From assembly GCA_963764725.1 (NCBI GenBank), contig CAVXTM010000012.1:320001-384000 (forward strand): a stretch of 64,000 bases of DNA, in the 5' to 3' direction. The translations under genes were made by a program, and so were the position numbers. The notes under the pieces were generated by a model. That model was not told the DNA's origin. It ran no database searches and saw only the letters and a program-made list of their open reading frames with translations. This document shows, piece after piece, positions 20,179 through 30,521 of this stretch; position 1 is the first letter of the stretch; the number at the start of each line of letters is the position of its first letter. The stretch comes from an uncultured Gammaproteobacteria bacterium (GTDB lineage: Bacteria > Pseudomonadota > Gammaproteobacteria > JACCXJ01).

Positions 20179-21423
20179 GTGGCACTCCTCACCTATCAAG
20201 AACTGCCTGCCCTTGGAGGCTGCTTGACCGTCGTTCCAAAAAAGCCGCACCCTTTGAATATCGTCTTTGGCAGCCACACGCCTATGGGTGATGTGTTTGT
20301 AGTCGGTTCTCATCATCTGGCCCATGAATTCACAAAGTATGGACATAGAGTGCTACATCTGAGCACACCCGTAACCATCGCGCACTTGCTCAGATGGGCC
20401 AACCCGCGAGTCCAGTTTCGATTTAGAAACTGGCTTGATAATGGATATGTCGTTAACAAAGATCTTATCGATTACGTGCCGCTAAGTTTGGTGCCCTGGC
20501 AAGTCGCTCGTCGCCTCGGGAAAATGCATCTTTTCCTAACTACGTTACCATCCATCAAGTATTGCCTAAGAAGATTTGGATTTTCCGAGGTAGATGTGCT
20601 CTTAATTGATTCGCCGAGCCTTGCAGGGCTTCAGAAGTATGTGAAAGCAAGGGTGATGGGGTATCGGGCTACAGACCTGTATAGCGAGCAAATTGGAGTT
20701 GATATCGACAACGTAGAACGAGAGCTTGCGCACCAGGCCGACTTTCTGATCGGAACCTCAGTGCCGGTAATGAATCATCTTAGTAGCCTCGCGCCGAGCA
20801 AGCCGCTATATCTACTTGAAAACGGGGTCGATTATGATTTTTTCTCAAAGCCGACGAATCCACCGCCGGAATACGAAAAGATCTCATCCCCTCGTTTGGT
20901 GTACGCTGGTGCCCTCGATGATCGATTCGGTTATGGCACTGTGACGACCCTCGCCGACACGCTGCCCCATGCAAACGTGGCCTTGATCGGTCCGTATCCA
21001 AAGGATGCAAATAGGCTATTGGGCGGAAGAAGCAACTTACATTTGCTTGGACCGAGGAGTTATGCGCGACTACCAGCCTATTTCCAACACTCCGATATCG
21101 GATTGTTACCGCTAAGCAATCACCCGGCAAACGATGGGCGCAGTCCTATGAAACTATTCGAATATGGTGCCAGTGGTTTGCCGGTTGTTGCCAGCTGCAC
21201 TATCGAACTCGCGCGGCGAAAGTTGGATTTCATCCGGCTCGCGAACAGTCCTCGAGAATTTGCCGAGCTAGTTGGCAGGCTGCTCGAAAATTCGGAGGAG
21301 CGATTTGAGATAAGCAGAATCGCGAAGACCGCTTCAGCTTCACATTCGTGGACACGGATAGCGGAGCGGCTCGTCCAAGATATTTGTATCAAGGCCTTGG
21401 ACGAACGAGAGGCTTGCGCCTAG
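20179..21423 (+). CDS. GT-B glycosyltransferase (TuaH/GumK-like); true start probably somewhat downstream
   Basis: VGSHHLA, YRATD, LENGVDYDFF and SPMKLFEYGASGLPVV motifs. Confidence 0.85.
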   Translation: MALLTYQELPALGGCLTVVPKKPHPLNIVFGSHTPMGDVFVVGSHHLAHEFTKYGHRVLHLSTPVTIAHLLRWANPRVQFRFRNWLDNGYVVNKDLIDYVPLSLVPWQVARRLGKMHLFLTTLPSIKYCLRRFGFSEVDVLLIDSPSLAGLQKYVKARVMGYRATDLYSEQIGVDIDNVERELAHQADFLIGTSVPVMNHLSSLAPSKPLYLLENGVDYDFFSKPTNPPPEYEKISSPRLVYAGALDDRFGYGTVTTLADTLPHANVALIGPYPKDANRLLGGRSNLHLLGPRSYARLPAYFQHSDIGLLPLSNHPANDGRSPMKLFEYGASGLPVVASCTIELARRKLDFIRLANSPREFAELVGRLLENSEERFEISRIAKTASASHSWTRIAERLVQDICIKALDEREACA

Positions 21424-21806
21424 GCAGTTTCATGCCTCTTGCTATCCCTTGCATAAGGCTGCTGCCGGACTACGCATGCACTTGGTCCGGAAGGAACTGC
21501 ACCCAGCAAACTTTGCAAGCGCAAAATATCGGGCTGAAATAGAGCGGTCAACCGCTCTTGGGCATCCATCTTAGGCCGCTCATGTTGGCGATAAGGCATG
21601 TATCGTCATGCTAAAATATCTTGCGAGGTTGGCGCCAGATTGAGCAAGCCGTGCCAACAGATAACGATAAATAGCTCATGGAAATTCCCGATTTTGTAGA
21701 CACTGCTATTCCTCAAGCGACTACCTTCTCATACTGGACGAGTGATAGGTACCCAAATGATGAGTGAACGCCGTCTCTCATTTATTCGAAACTTACTTTA
21801 GATCAC

Positions 21807-23042
21807 CTATGAGTATATCCGCACCTTTGGAATCGGTGTCACGAATGAGCACCGCCATTCGCACACGTGCGTCATTTGACTCATGATTTCATCACGGAGA
21901 TTCCACGCAAGTAGCAACAGATAATCGGGTTTGGTTTCATTGATCTTGTCGGGATGAAAGATCGGGATATGTGTCCCCGGTAAGTAACGTCCCTGCTTGT
22001 AGGGGCTTCTGTCCACTACATAATCGATAAAATCAGAACGGATGCCGCAGTAGTTCAAAAGTGTGTTACCCTTGGCTGGCGCGCTATAGGCCACGATCGA
22101 TTTACCGTCCTCTTTGGCATTGATCAAAAAGCGGAGCAGATCACGCTTGGTCGCCTTTACCTGCTCGGTAAATGCAAGATACGGATCGAGCGACGTGAGC
22201 CTAGCGTTGTCTTCGCGCTCTAATAAACTCGTGACTCTCGATCTTACGGGTTTAGATTCGTCTCCTGTGTGCCGTGCGTAAACCCTGAGCGAGCCACCAT
22301 GGGTGAGGAGATCCTCGACATCGAAGATCGTCAGGCCGTGGTGTACGAAGACTTTGTTTACCGTGATAAATGAGAAGTAGGAGAAGTGCTCGTGATAGAT
22401 GGTATCAAACTGTTGCTCTTCCATCAGACGCAACAAATGAGGGAACTCCATCGTGACTACGCCTTTGTGGCTAAGCAGGATCTTTAGTCCTTCCACAAAA
22501 TCGTTTAGAGCTGGAACATGCGCAAGGACGTTATTACCGATGATCAGATCGGCGCGCATCCCGTCTGCCACGAGTTCTTTAGCTGTCGCCGTACCGAAAA
22601 ATTTTACGAGTGTGGAGACCCCTTTCTCGACCGCGCGCGATGCTACATTGGCGGCGGGTTCTATGCCGAGCACCGGGATCCCGCTGGCGACAAAAAACTG
22701 AAGAAGATAACCGTCATTGCTTGCAATCTCGACCACCTGGCTGCGCCGATTCAAGCTCAGGCGTTCCACGATCATTTCAACGTAGTTCTTCGCATGCTGT
22801 ACCCAAGAATCGGAGAAAGACGAGAAATAGACATAGTCGCTGAAGATATGCTTCGGGGTCTCGAACTCCTCTAGCTGGACTAAGAAGCATTGCTCGCATA
22901 CAAAGGCGTGCAGAGGATAGAAGGGCTCCATCTGGTTGAGCCCATCAGGCTCGACATTTGAGTTTGCAAGAGGAGACATCCCTAGATCGGCAAAGCTGTG
23001 TTTCAAGCCGGCACCGCAAAAGCGACACTTCTTATGATTCAT
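21807..23042 (-). CDS. NDP-sugar C-methyltransferase (Zn-binding, SAM-dependent)
   Basis: CRFCG, CEQCFLVQL, EIASNDGYLL, FDTIYHEH, HGGSLR, PAKGNTLLNYCG and LAWNL motifs. Confidence 0.92.
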   Translation of the reverse strand: MNHKKCRFCGAGLKHSFADLGMSPLANSNVEPDGLNQMEPFYPLHAFVCEQCFLVQLEEFETPKHIFSDYVYFSSFSDSWVQHAKNYVEMIVERLSLNRRSQVVEIASNDGYLLQFFVASGIPVLGIEPAANVASRAVEKGVSTLVKFFGTATAKELVADGMRADLIIGNNVLAHVPALNDFVEGLKILLSHKGVVTMEFPHLLRLMEEQQFDTIYHEHFSYFSFITVNKVFVHHGLTIFDVEDLLTHGGSLRVYARHTGDESKPVRSRVTSLLEREDNARLTSLDPYLAFTEQVKATKRDLLRFLINAKEDGKSIVAYSAPAKGNTLLNYCGIRSDFIDYVVDRSPYKQGRYLPGTHIPIFHPDKINETKPDYLLLLAWNLRDEIMSQMTHVCEWRCSFVTPIPKVRIYS

Positions 23043-23245
23043 AATCGTCTTGACACCATTTAACGATAACAATAATTATAGATTCTTCTCGATCACCGAC
23101 TGAGAGGTTGTGAATTAATCGCCGCCAGCAGCCCCGAGCGCCGGGAGCCGCGCAGCGAGCAGCGAGAGATATCAACTCGATAGGCGAGGAGCGAGCGAGC
23201 ACCCGAGGCGATCGGGATGCTCACAACCGGCGATGCCATTTGCCT

Positions 23246-24025
23246 TCAACCCGCCGTTAAGCGAAGAGCTTCCTCGGCAATCGCAGTGCTGCACGCGCAC
23301 AGTATATCCATCTCGATGCAACGCCAGTCAATTCCGGCACCATTGAGGCGTTTTACAACACCGCCCGCCTCCTCGACGGCTAAAGCCCCAGCCGCAAAGT
23401 CCCAGATCCTACCCCCCTTGCAGTTTACGTATAGGCTTGTTCGACCCAATATTAACTCGGCAAAGCCGGCAGCACCGCAAGCCAAACATCTCGTGGTTAG
23501 CGTTTTGCTGGACAATGGATCGATGATCCGACGACGATGTTCGTCCGTCAGGCGCGGATTCAGTTCTGTACCGAGCACTATTTCATTAAAAGCGACTGAC
23601 GCGCTAAAGCGGACTGTCTCACCATTAACCCAGCAACCCTTGCTGCGTTCTGCTGCTATAAGTAGATTCCAGGCGGGTAGAAAGATTACACCATGGGTCG
23701 GATGACCTTCGATGCGCGCTAATAATACACCCCAATCCCTCATGCCTCTGGCGAAGGGGATTGTGCCATCTAGTTCATCAGCAACAATACATGCGGTATC
23801 GGGAATAATTGCGTTCGCTTGTTCTTCTAGAATCAAAGGGAGGTCTGGGAAGCAGTTTGCGAGTTCCGACTGCAGAAAGGCGTGAGATGCTAGATCCGCT
23901 CGTGTTAATAGATCTCCCGGACCTTTGAGGGTTTCATTGAGCCGCTGTCCCTGGAGTGCGGTTAGGAGGTTTCCAGCCTTTCTTGCGATAGAGCTGAGGC
24001 TTTCCAGGATTGTTGTCATCGACAA
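23246..24025 (-). CDS. Inositol monophosphatase/CysQ (PAP phosphatase) family
   Basis: LTRAD, EE, DELDGT (DPLDGT variant) and IWDFAAG..VEEAGG motifs. Confidence 0.8.
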   Translation of the reverse strand: MSMTTILESLSSIARKAGNLLTALQGQRLNETLKGPGDLLTRADLASHAFLQSELANCFPDLPLILEEQANAIIPDTACIVADELDGTIPFARGMRDWGVLLARIEGHPTHGVIFLPAWNLLIAAERSKGCWVNGETVRFSASVAFNEIVLGTELNPRLTDEHRRRIIDPLSSKTLTTRCLACGAAGFAELILGRTSLYVNCKGGRIWDFAAGALAVEEAGGVVKRLNGAGIDWRCIEMDILCACSTAIAEEALRLTAG

Positions 24026-24136
24026 GAGGCCTGAGATGAATCCGCAGGCGCGACAGGCGCCTCAAGGCCTGGAACGGGATAGCAAACGTCCGTGGCGGAC
24101 ACGACGGTAATTGCTTGAACAGGCAATACCGGCTTT

Positions 24137-24682
24137 TTAAAAGTACCGTTCGGTAACTTCGATTACATCCCCCGGCAACACCGGCGTATCTTGATCCGCC
24201 GATTGTTTGGTTTTTCCTTTATCCGTGGTTCGAGTAATATAGACTTCATCGGTATCCGCACGGTAGGTAAAACCGCCGGCCAAAGCGACTGCGGTCACGA
24301 CCGTCATATCATTCACATAAGGATAGCTACCGGGCTTTGCTACCTCTCCAAGAATGAAGAACGGGCGGTTATCAATGACCTCAACGCTAACACGTGGATT
24401 TTTAATGTAATCTGGCGATAGCTTGGCCACAATGGACCGCTCCAGCTCTTGTACCGTGAGACCACTCGCCTTAACGGACTGGATAAGCGGCAATGCTAGG
24501 TTTCCTGTGCTGTCTATATTCGATTCTCCCGAAAGGTTCTCATGTCCAAACACGGTCACCTTTACTTTGTCACCCGTCCCTAAACGGTAACCCTTTTGGT
24601 CACCTTGGGCGCTTGCAACAGCGACTGACAAGACCAAGACCATTATTAACGTGATAAACCGAAAGAATTGATGACTAACCAT
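24137..24682 (-). CDS. Polysaccharide export protein (Wza/OPX-like; Poly_export + SLBB)
   Basis: YRLGTGD.VKVTVFG, PLI..V...GLT, ILGEVAKPGSY and AGGFT motifs, with a signal peptide. Confidence 0.9.
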   Translation of the reverse strand: MVSHQFFRFITLIMVLVLSVAVASAQGDQKGYRLGTGDKVKVTVFGHENLSGESNIDSTGNLALPLIQSVKASGLTVQELERSIVAKLSPDYIKNPRVSVEVIDNRPFFILGEVAKPGSYPYVNDMTVVTAVALAGGFTYRADTDEVYITRTTDKGKTKQSADQDTPVLPGDVIEVTERYF

Positions 24683-25209
24683 GGATGCAGCCTCTTGTTC
24701 CGAACAACGTTCGTCATTATTTAATAGCTAATCGAGATAATGTCAAACGTTGTTTTGGGGCATGAATATGACGCTACATCCGCGCTTGCTAAGTGCCAGC
24801 ACGATCAACCGATGGTTGTCGTGCAGCCCGCCGCAAAGTCGCCTTCAGAGTCTAATAGGGTGCGCGAGCTCGCCGCTCGTGGCACAACGTTGCGGCCTGG
24901 TTCCTCAAAGCTATCCTGGAATTGAAAATATAGGAATTCACTGACGTTTCACATTTGGCTTATTGATCGGCCGGTAGGTTCAAAGATCTTCAAGCCGCCC
25001 GCCCAGAAAATGGCTAGAAAGACGATGACCCAGGGTACGAGAGCGGCATTATAAACGCGCGCTTTATCATAAACGGGAACGTTCGTGAAGCGTGGGAACC
25101 GGTCTATGCTTCCGCTCGCAAGCGCCTCCTCGAACGATGTCCTAACCGAGCTTGCCTAGCAAGCTGATGTTGTTACTGTCCCAATCCGCGACACTAAGGT
25201 GCATGAAGC

Positions 25210-26469
25210 CTAAAGTTTTAGGTTAAATGTTAGCGTCGCCGTATTCTGCGAGTAGGGATTACCGTCAGGAGAGTCAGAGCTCCGATCCGTATAGCCATAA
25301 CCGATGGATATGTCAAGGTAACGATTCATCAAGTACTTAGCCCCTACGGTGGCCCGCAGAACGTCGTCGGTACGAGGAACACCGACGAAATCGTCTTGAA
25401 TACCGAAAAGGCTCGCTTGCAGCAGCAGATTTCTAAGGAGTTCGTGGTCTACGATAGCGCCATAGCGGGTGCGAAAGTATCCCGATGCCGGTATGTTGTC
25501 CTCATCTGTAAGGAAGGTCGTCTCTTCAATCGTACGTTCCACTTTGCCTGTAATCGTCGTCAGAGTGGTGACATTCCAGTAGATGGATGCGCCTCCTTGG
25601 GGGCCCTCGATCGTGGGTAAGGTTGGGTCATCGTAGAATTGCGAACGATAACCAACATAGAGGTCTCCGGTAGTCACCCCGGTAAGCGTAAGGTCCATGC
25701 CTACGACGACTTCGTAGCCGTCTGAACTCCGTAGAGTGCCGTCCTGTTGACGCTCGTCGTATGAGCGGTTGATATAGCTACCCAGCAGAAAGGCGGCGTA
25801 CCCCGGGGTGAGCTCATAGGCGGCGCGGAGCGTCCCGATGGCGTCAGTGCGGTCACGCGTTGATTGAATGATCGTTGACCCGTCATCAGCGGTGATATTG
25901 TCATAGTCGTACCGGGCTCCGGTACCTTCGAGCGTGACGGACAGGCGATTGAAGACGTGGTTATAGCCGCCGGTTACCGTAGAGACGTCATAGAAGCCCT
26001 GATTTCTCCCCTTTGGATCGTCCGGATCCCCACGCTCTTGATGAAGATGGGAATATAGAGCGTTTACAAACAGCGATTGGTTGCGGGTAATGTCTAGGCG
26101 TCCGTCCGTTCCAAAAGCATAATCTTCAAAGTCCTCATCTCCGTTGTCGATATATCTGCCGATATTCGCATCCGCTCTAAAATTTAAAGCGTGATTGTTC
26201 CAGTCCGATTTCACCTTAACACCCGGCGTGATAAAGGTAATAAAAGCGTCTACTTCCCCCGTGTCTTCCGCGAAGATATTGTCGTTGTACTGCTCGCTAA
26301 GGGCAAGTGATGGATAAATCAGGAATCCGGCTGCTCGAATACCGAGTGGATCCAGCTCTGGCCGCTGACGCGACGTGACTGTCTCGCCGTAGCGTAACTG
26401 CTGTGCTTGTGCGGCTGGCATTAGCAGCAACATTAGCCAACAAGACGCAACGCGTGTACTAATTTTCAT
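25210..26469 (-). CDS. EPS-associated outer-membrane beta-barrel protein
   Basis: Signal peptide, PLGIRAAGFLIYP, YNDNIFA and amphipathic strands. Adjacent to the Wza-like gene. Confidence 0.8.
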   Translation of the reverse strand: MKISTRVASCWLMLLLMPAAQAQQLRYGETVTSRQRPELDPLGIRAAGFLIYPSLALSEQYNDNIFAEDTGEVDAFITFITPGVKVKSDWNNHALNFRADANIGRYIDNGDEDFEDYAFGTDGRLDITRNQSLFVNALYSHLHQERGDPDDPKGRNQGFYDVSTVTGGYNHVFNRLSVTLEGTGARYDYDNITADDGSTIIQSTRDRTDAIGTLRAAYELTPGYAAFLLGSYINRSYDERQQDGTLRSSDGYEVVVGMDLTLTGVTTGDLYVGYRSQFYDDPTLPTIEGPQGGASIYWNVTTLTTITGKVERTIEETTFLTDEDNIPASGYFRTRYGAIVDHELLRNLLLQASLFGIQDDFVGVPRTDDVLRATVGAKYLMNRYLDISIGYGYTDRSSDSPDGNPYSQNTATLTFNLKL

Positions 26470-27206
26470 TAGAGACCCCTATTCTTAGACCGTAGATGGA
26501 CACAACTTTGTGCAAATCGGAGTATGCCCATTGTCCGTCTTGTTGAGAAATGCGCCTTTGGTCTGCCACCATTATCATTTACCCAGAAAGAAAGTCGACC
26601 ACCGCGAATAGATCGGCGTTGGGGAACATCTTCAATAGCTGTTCCAACACCCGCTCGGAACCAGAATAATCAACCAACCATTCATGAACAACCGCAACTT
26701 TCAGCATAAGAATGAGGATAAAGGGTATAAGATAAGGATACAAAATTCAAGGCATTGTCCTGACTCCAGGCAGAGTGATCGTGCATCCGTCCACGATGAA
26801 CCACGCGGCTTTAGCGCTCTGCCGGTCAGTTACCACCTGAGGGTTCCTCAGCGCCAAGGACGTTTTGCTATGAAACGAGATGCGAGTGCGCCGATACTCA
26901 CCACTGTGCCACGTCCGTGGAAGGCGCTGATACTCACGGGCGACGAAAACCTGCATTAGCGTAGCGGCGATGGCACGACGACTCTTGATCCCCTGAAACA
27001 GACTTTTTCTACCCAGAGCCAGGAGCGCGACATCGAGTACCTCGCCTACCAGACTCGTTTTAATGAGGAAAAGGGCCCCAGTATATGACAGCACTCCCTT
27101 ATGACTCAGTGCGGCCAGCATCGGGGGAGTGGCGGCGGCTATACCGTGTGTCGATGCCACTTGCTTCAATCTGCTTACGAATGGGAACATGAGGTGACTA
27201 CGCTAG

Positions 27207-27221
27207 GCAGGAGTTGTGCCA
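27207..27221 (-). promoter_or_regulatory. Candidate sigma-54 (-24/-12) promoter
   Basis: TGGCACAACTCCTGC (GG-N10-GC), pointing toward the export genes. Confidence 0.3.
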
Positions 27222-27287
27222 CGAAATCCATTGCCCGCAAACACAGTGTCTGTAACGGAGCAAAACGAACATCGAAGATCAGCCCGG

Positions 27288-28604
27288 CTACAACCGCGGA
27301 CGCTCCTCGAGCAGCTCGTGAGACAGTAGGGCGTCGGCTGTCTCCTTGAGCACTTGGAGCGCAATGCCGGATCGCTCTGCAATGTCCAGGAGCGAGTGCT
27401 GGCCGTCAGACAGGTTCAAAATCCAGAGGAACGCCATTTGCTTGGTCCCGGCGTCTTTATGTCCCCCGATCGCCTTGTACAAACCCCTCTTGCCGAGTTG
27501 GGGCTCGCATTTTGGGTTCCGGTTCACATAGGTCTTGTTGTGCTCCAGGGCTTCGAAGACCGATAGGCAGGTGGCGTAGGACTGAGCCAAGTACTGCGGC
27601 CGGACGAAGTCCAGATTATCCGCGGAGGTGTGATACTCCGGAAACTGTCCGTGCTGCGAACGCATTAAGCAACCGACGGCGAGGTTGAACCCCGGAGAAC
27701 AAAACTGACGTTCATCATAGCCATAGGGATAGAAATCGATCACCTGGTGAGTTTGGCCGGAATTTTTCAGGATATGGGCCACCGTCCGGTCGATCTCGGC
27801 ATCCCCGCGCCGGGTTTTCTTGTACGTGAATCCGCCTTCGTCGCCGACGCAGGTGAGCACCAAGCCATGTTTGACCCTGGGCACTCGATGTTCGTTTCTG
27901 GCGAGCCAGGTGATCGAGCCGATGGTGCCGGGAATAAATAGAAACCGGTACGAGTACCAGTGAGGCGCCCGGCTCATCGCGCGCGCGAGATGGATCGCAA
28001 CGGCTATCCCCGAGAGGTTATCGTTGCAGAGCGAGGGGTGGCAGGTATGACAGGATATGAGTATCTCATCAGTACTCTCTCCAGGTAGATAACACTCGCC
28101 ATAGCTTAGAGACCCCTCCGCGAGCGTGGCATCGATACAGATCTCGTACTCATCGTCCAGCATCTGCGCGAGTTGATTGTGTGTCAGACAAAAGCCCCAG
28201 GTGTCGTTGTAGTAGGAGGTTCTATACGGGATCCAATCCGGCCGATCCGGCAGCGTAAAGAGGTGCGGCTTTAGCTCATCCAAGCGGAGCCGCCCTTTCA
28301 CCGGCATGCTGTAGCCGACCACGTGGAGATTACACCGACCGAAATCGACGATGCGCCGGCCTCGTGAGTCTTTAATATAGGCGTCTCGGATGTTCCACTC
28401 CCGAGGCACCGTCCAGTCGAAGACAACCGTTCCCGTGGGAACCTCATGGACGTCCAGAGGAATCGTCCGCTTGATGATGCCGAGCGTCTCGCGGACGCCA
28501 TCGCCCGTGATGCTCCGGCAGATCGGATATAACTCGGACACCAGCCGGTGCATCTCCTGGCCGAGCGTCTCTGGCGCCTCGGTGGGGCTCTGGTGGAGCG
28601 GCAT
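27288..28604 (-). CDS. DUF4910/DUF2172 M28-peptidase-like protein associated with polysaccharide loci
   Basis: CRSITGDGVRETL, DWTVPREW, HPSLCNDNLSG, YGYDERQFCSPG, EYHTSAD and a C-terminal wHTH. SD aaggag precedes ATG 28604. Confidence 0.85.
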   Translation of the reverse strand: MPLHQSPTEAPETLGQEMHRLVSELYPICRSITGDGVRETLGIIKRTIPLDVHEVPTGTVVFDWTVPREWNIRDAYIKDSRGRRIVDFGRCNLHVVGYSMPVKGRLRLDELKPHLFTLPDRPDWIPYRTSYYNDTWGFCLTHNQLAQMLDDEYEICIDATLAEGSLSYGECYLPGESTDEILISCHTCHPSLCNDNLSGIAVAIHLARAMSRAPHWYSYRFLFIPGTIGSITWLARNEHRVPRVKHGLVLTCVGDEGGFTYKKTRRGDAEIDRTVAHILKNSGQTHQVIDFYPYGYDERQFCSPGFNLAVGCLMRSQHGQFPEYHTSADNLDFVRPQYLAQSYATCLSVFEALEHNKTYVNRNPKCEPQLGKRGLYKAIGGHKDAGTKQMAFLWILNLSDGQHSLLDIAERSGIALQVLKETADALLSHELLEERPRL

Positions 28605-28731
28605 CTCCTTCTCTTTCATGCTTGCGGCAACGGTGGAAACTCGCGCTGCGGATGCAAGGGCTTCTGGTATCGTTCCGGTGTGGCGTGAGCGGCAGTCGCT
28701 CGAGCACAACCGGCATCATATAGGCCGACAG

Positions 28732-29418
28732 CTACGACCAGTCGAAGCATCGCAATCGCCAATCGCTGCCTTCGACGGCTAGCGCCCCGGCGTAGCCTTC
28801 GTCGAGATGCAAGCTGCATAAGGTCCAACGCGCGGCCTCGCGCTCGTCGTCGTGGACGCGCAGCGACACGCGCGACTCGTTCGGTGCGAGCGAAACGGTG
28901 AAGCAATCGAGCGGGGCGAACAATCCGGTCCCGGTTGCCTTGATATAGGATTCCTTGCGCGTCCAGCCCGCAAAGAATGCCGCGCGCTGTTGTTCCCGAG
29001 GCAGAGCACGGAGTTCGGCGATTTCGGCGGCAGAAAAGAAACGCTCGGCGATTTCCGGACCTATTGATGCTTTGATGAATTCGACATCGATGCCGAGCTC
29101 GCGTTTTTTGGTCACGGCAAGCAAGACGAGATCATGGGAGTGCGAAAGGTTGAAGCGGAGATCACAGCCTGTGGAAAGCACGGGTTTGCCGCGCACGCCA
29201 TAATCGAAGCGGAGATCGGCGGGCGACGTGTCGAGGTAGCGTGCGAGCACTGTTCGCAGCCAGCCGCGAGCCGCGATGAAATGCCTGCTGTCTTTCTCGA
29301 AATGAAAACGCGCCGCGCGGTCCAATTCATCGGGCGAGAGCTGGGCTTGCAGAGCGGGCAAAGCGGGAAGCGACGCGCGCCAGAGGTCGACTCGATCCGC
29401 CGCAATGCGAAGCCTCAC
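28732..29418 (-). CDS. sfp: Sfp-type 4'-phosphopantetheinyl transferase
   Basis: GKP, FNLSHS, LGIDVE and WTRKESYIKA.G.GL motifs. Confidence 0.92.
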   Translation of the reverse strand: MRLRIAADRVDLWRASLPALPALQAQLSPDELDRAARFHFEKDSRHFIAARGWLRTVLARYLDTSPADLRFDYGVRGKPVLSTGCDLRFNLSHSHDLVLLAVTKKRELGIDVEFIKASIGPEIAERFFSAAEIAELRALPREQQRAAFFAGWTRKESYIKATGTGLFAPLDCFTVSLAPNESRVSLRVHDDEREAARWTLCSLHLDEGYAGALAVEGSDWRLRCFDWS

Positions 29419-30521
29419 GCCAAGGACGCTCGTTGAATGCTGGGTTTGTGAGCTAGGCTTCCAGTGGCATCGTCTTGGACCCCGGGGGAGGTGTGCGGCG
29501 CCCTTCGCGCCTCGGCCAGGCAGATCTTCATTTGTTCGGCCAGCGGCCCGACATAAGGATCTTGAAACAGTTCGACATGCATGCCTGGGACCAGGCGATG
29601 GGTTGCTTGCGCGGCAAGCCGGGACCAGGCGTTTTGAATTTCGCGGCGCCGCACCTCGTCCATATCGTCGGCCGCCCAGATAAACCAGATCTTGCCGGCA
29701 TAGGCTCTCGGCACATAGTTCTTTTTCGCGCGCCGATGCGAATCAATAGTATAGCGCGACAAAAGACCGCGCGACAAAGGCAGTCTGCACGCCAGGAAAA
29801 TAGGAAGCGCGATTCTCCTACAGAGGACGTTCAACCCGTACCACACACGCGCCCACACATAGGCGAGCTGCTCGATGACATTTTTATTGACCAGGCTGCG
29901 TAAATGCCTTTCGACACGGTTGCGAGAACGATCGCGTGCCATTGGCGTCTTCGGCGGTGGGGGATCGATCAACACCAGCGCCGCGATCTCTTCGCCTTGG
30001 GCGAGCAACTGCTGCGCCATTTCCAGCGCGATCAGCGTCGACACGCAGTCACTGCTCAAATAATAAGGTCCGTGCGGCTGTACCTTGCGCAGGTGAGTCA
30101 GATTAAAAGCGGCCATTTCTTCAATGCGCGTCATGCGCATCTGCCTCGGGTCCCAGTGAGAGCTGATTCCGTACAGACGCTGATCAGGCCCGAGGCAGCG
30201 GCACAACTCGCGCAGCATCAGTTGCGATGCCCAGCCATACACTGAATAGCGGCGGGGTCGTGCCGTGGGGGTTGAGCGGCACGATCACATCCGAGTCATT
30301 GAGAGAATCTCCCGCCGCCAGGATTCGGCCGATCTGTTCTACGGTCGGTGCCTGGAACAGCGTCGCGACCGACAAACGCCGGCCGCAAGTCTTTTCGATT
30401 TCGGCCAACACGCGCAACACCAGAAACGAATGCCCGCCGAGATCGAAGAAGTTGTCGCGTATGCCAACCTGGTCGAGCTTTAGTACCGAGGCGAAGATCG
30501 CGGCGAGTTGCTGCTCGAGCG
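29390..30521. repeat. Direct repeat copy 1 (PCP-TE plus first bases of sfp); partner 43387-44517
   Basis: Near-identical by direct reading: scattered SNPs, one clustered patch and a 1-nt insertion. Confidence 0.95.
29415..30242 (-). pseudogene. Thioesterase domain separated from the PKS-NRPS by a 1-nt insertion near 30218
   Basis: Almost identical to the TE of 43412..47590 but out of frame with 30184..39363. Confidence 0.85.

Noticed and set aside
21640-21658. Sigma-54-like TTGGCACGGCTTGC on the minus strand
   Set aside because: The GG-to-GC spacing is too short. The similar site at ~24880 has 9-nt spacing and is on the wrong strand.
26747-27190. 147-aa minus-strand ORF
   Set aside because: No recognisable motif or SD, so it cannot be supported as a gene.
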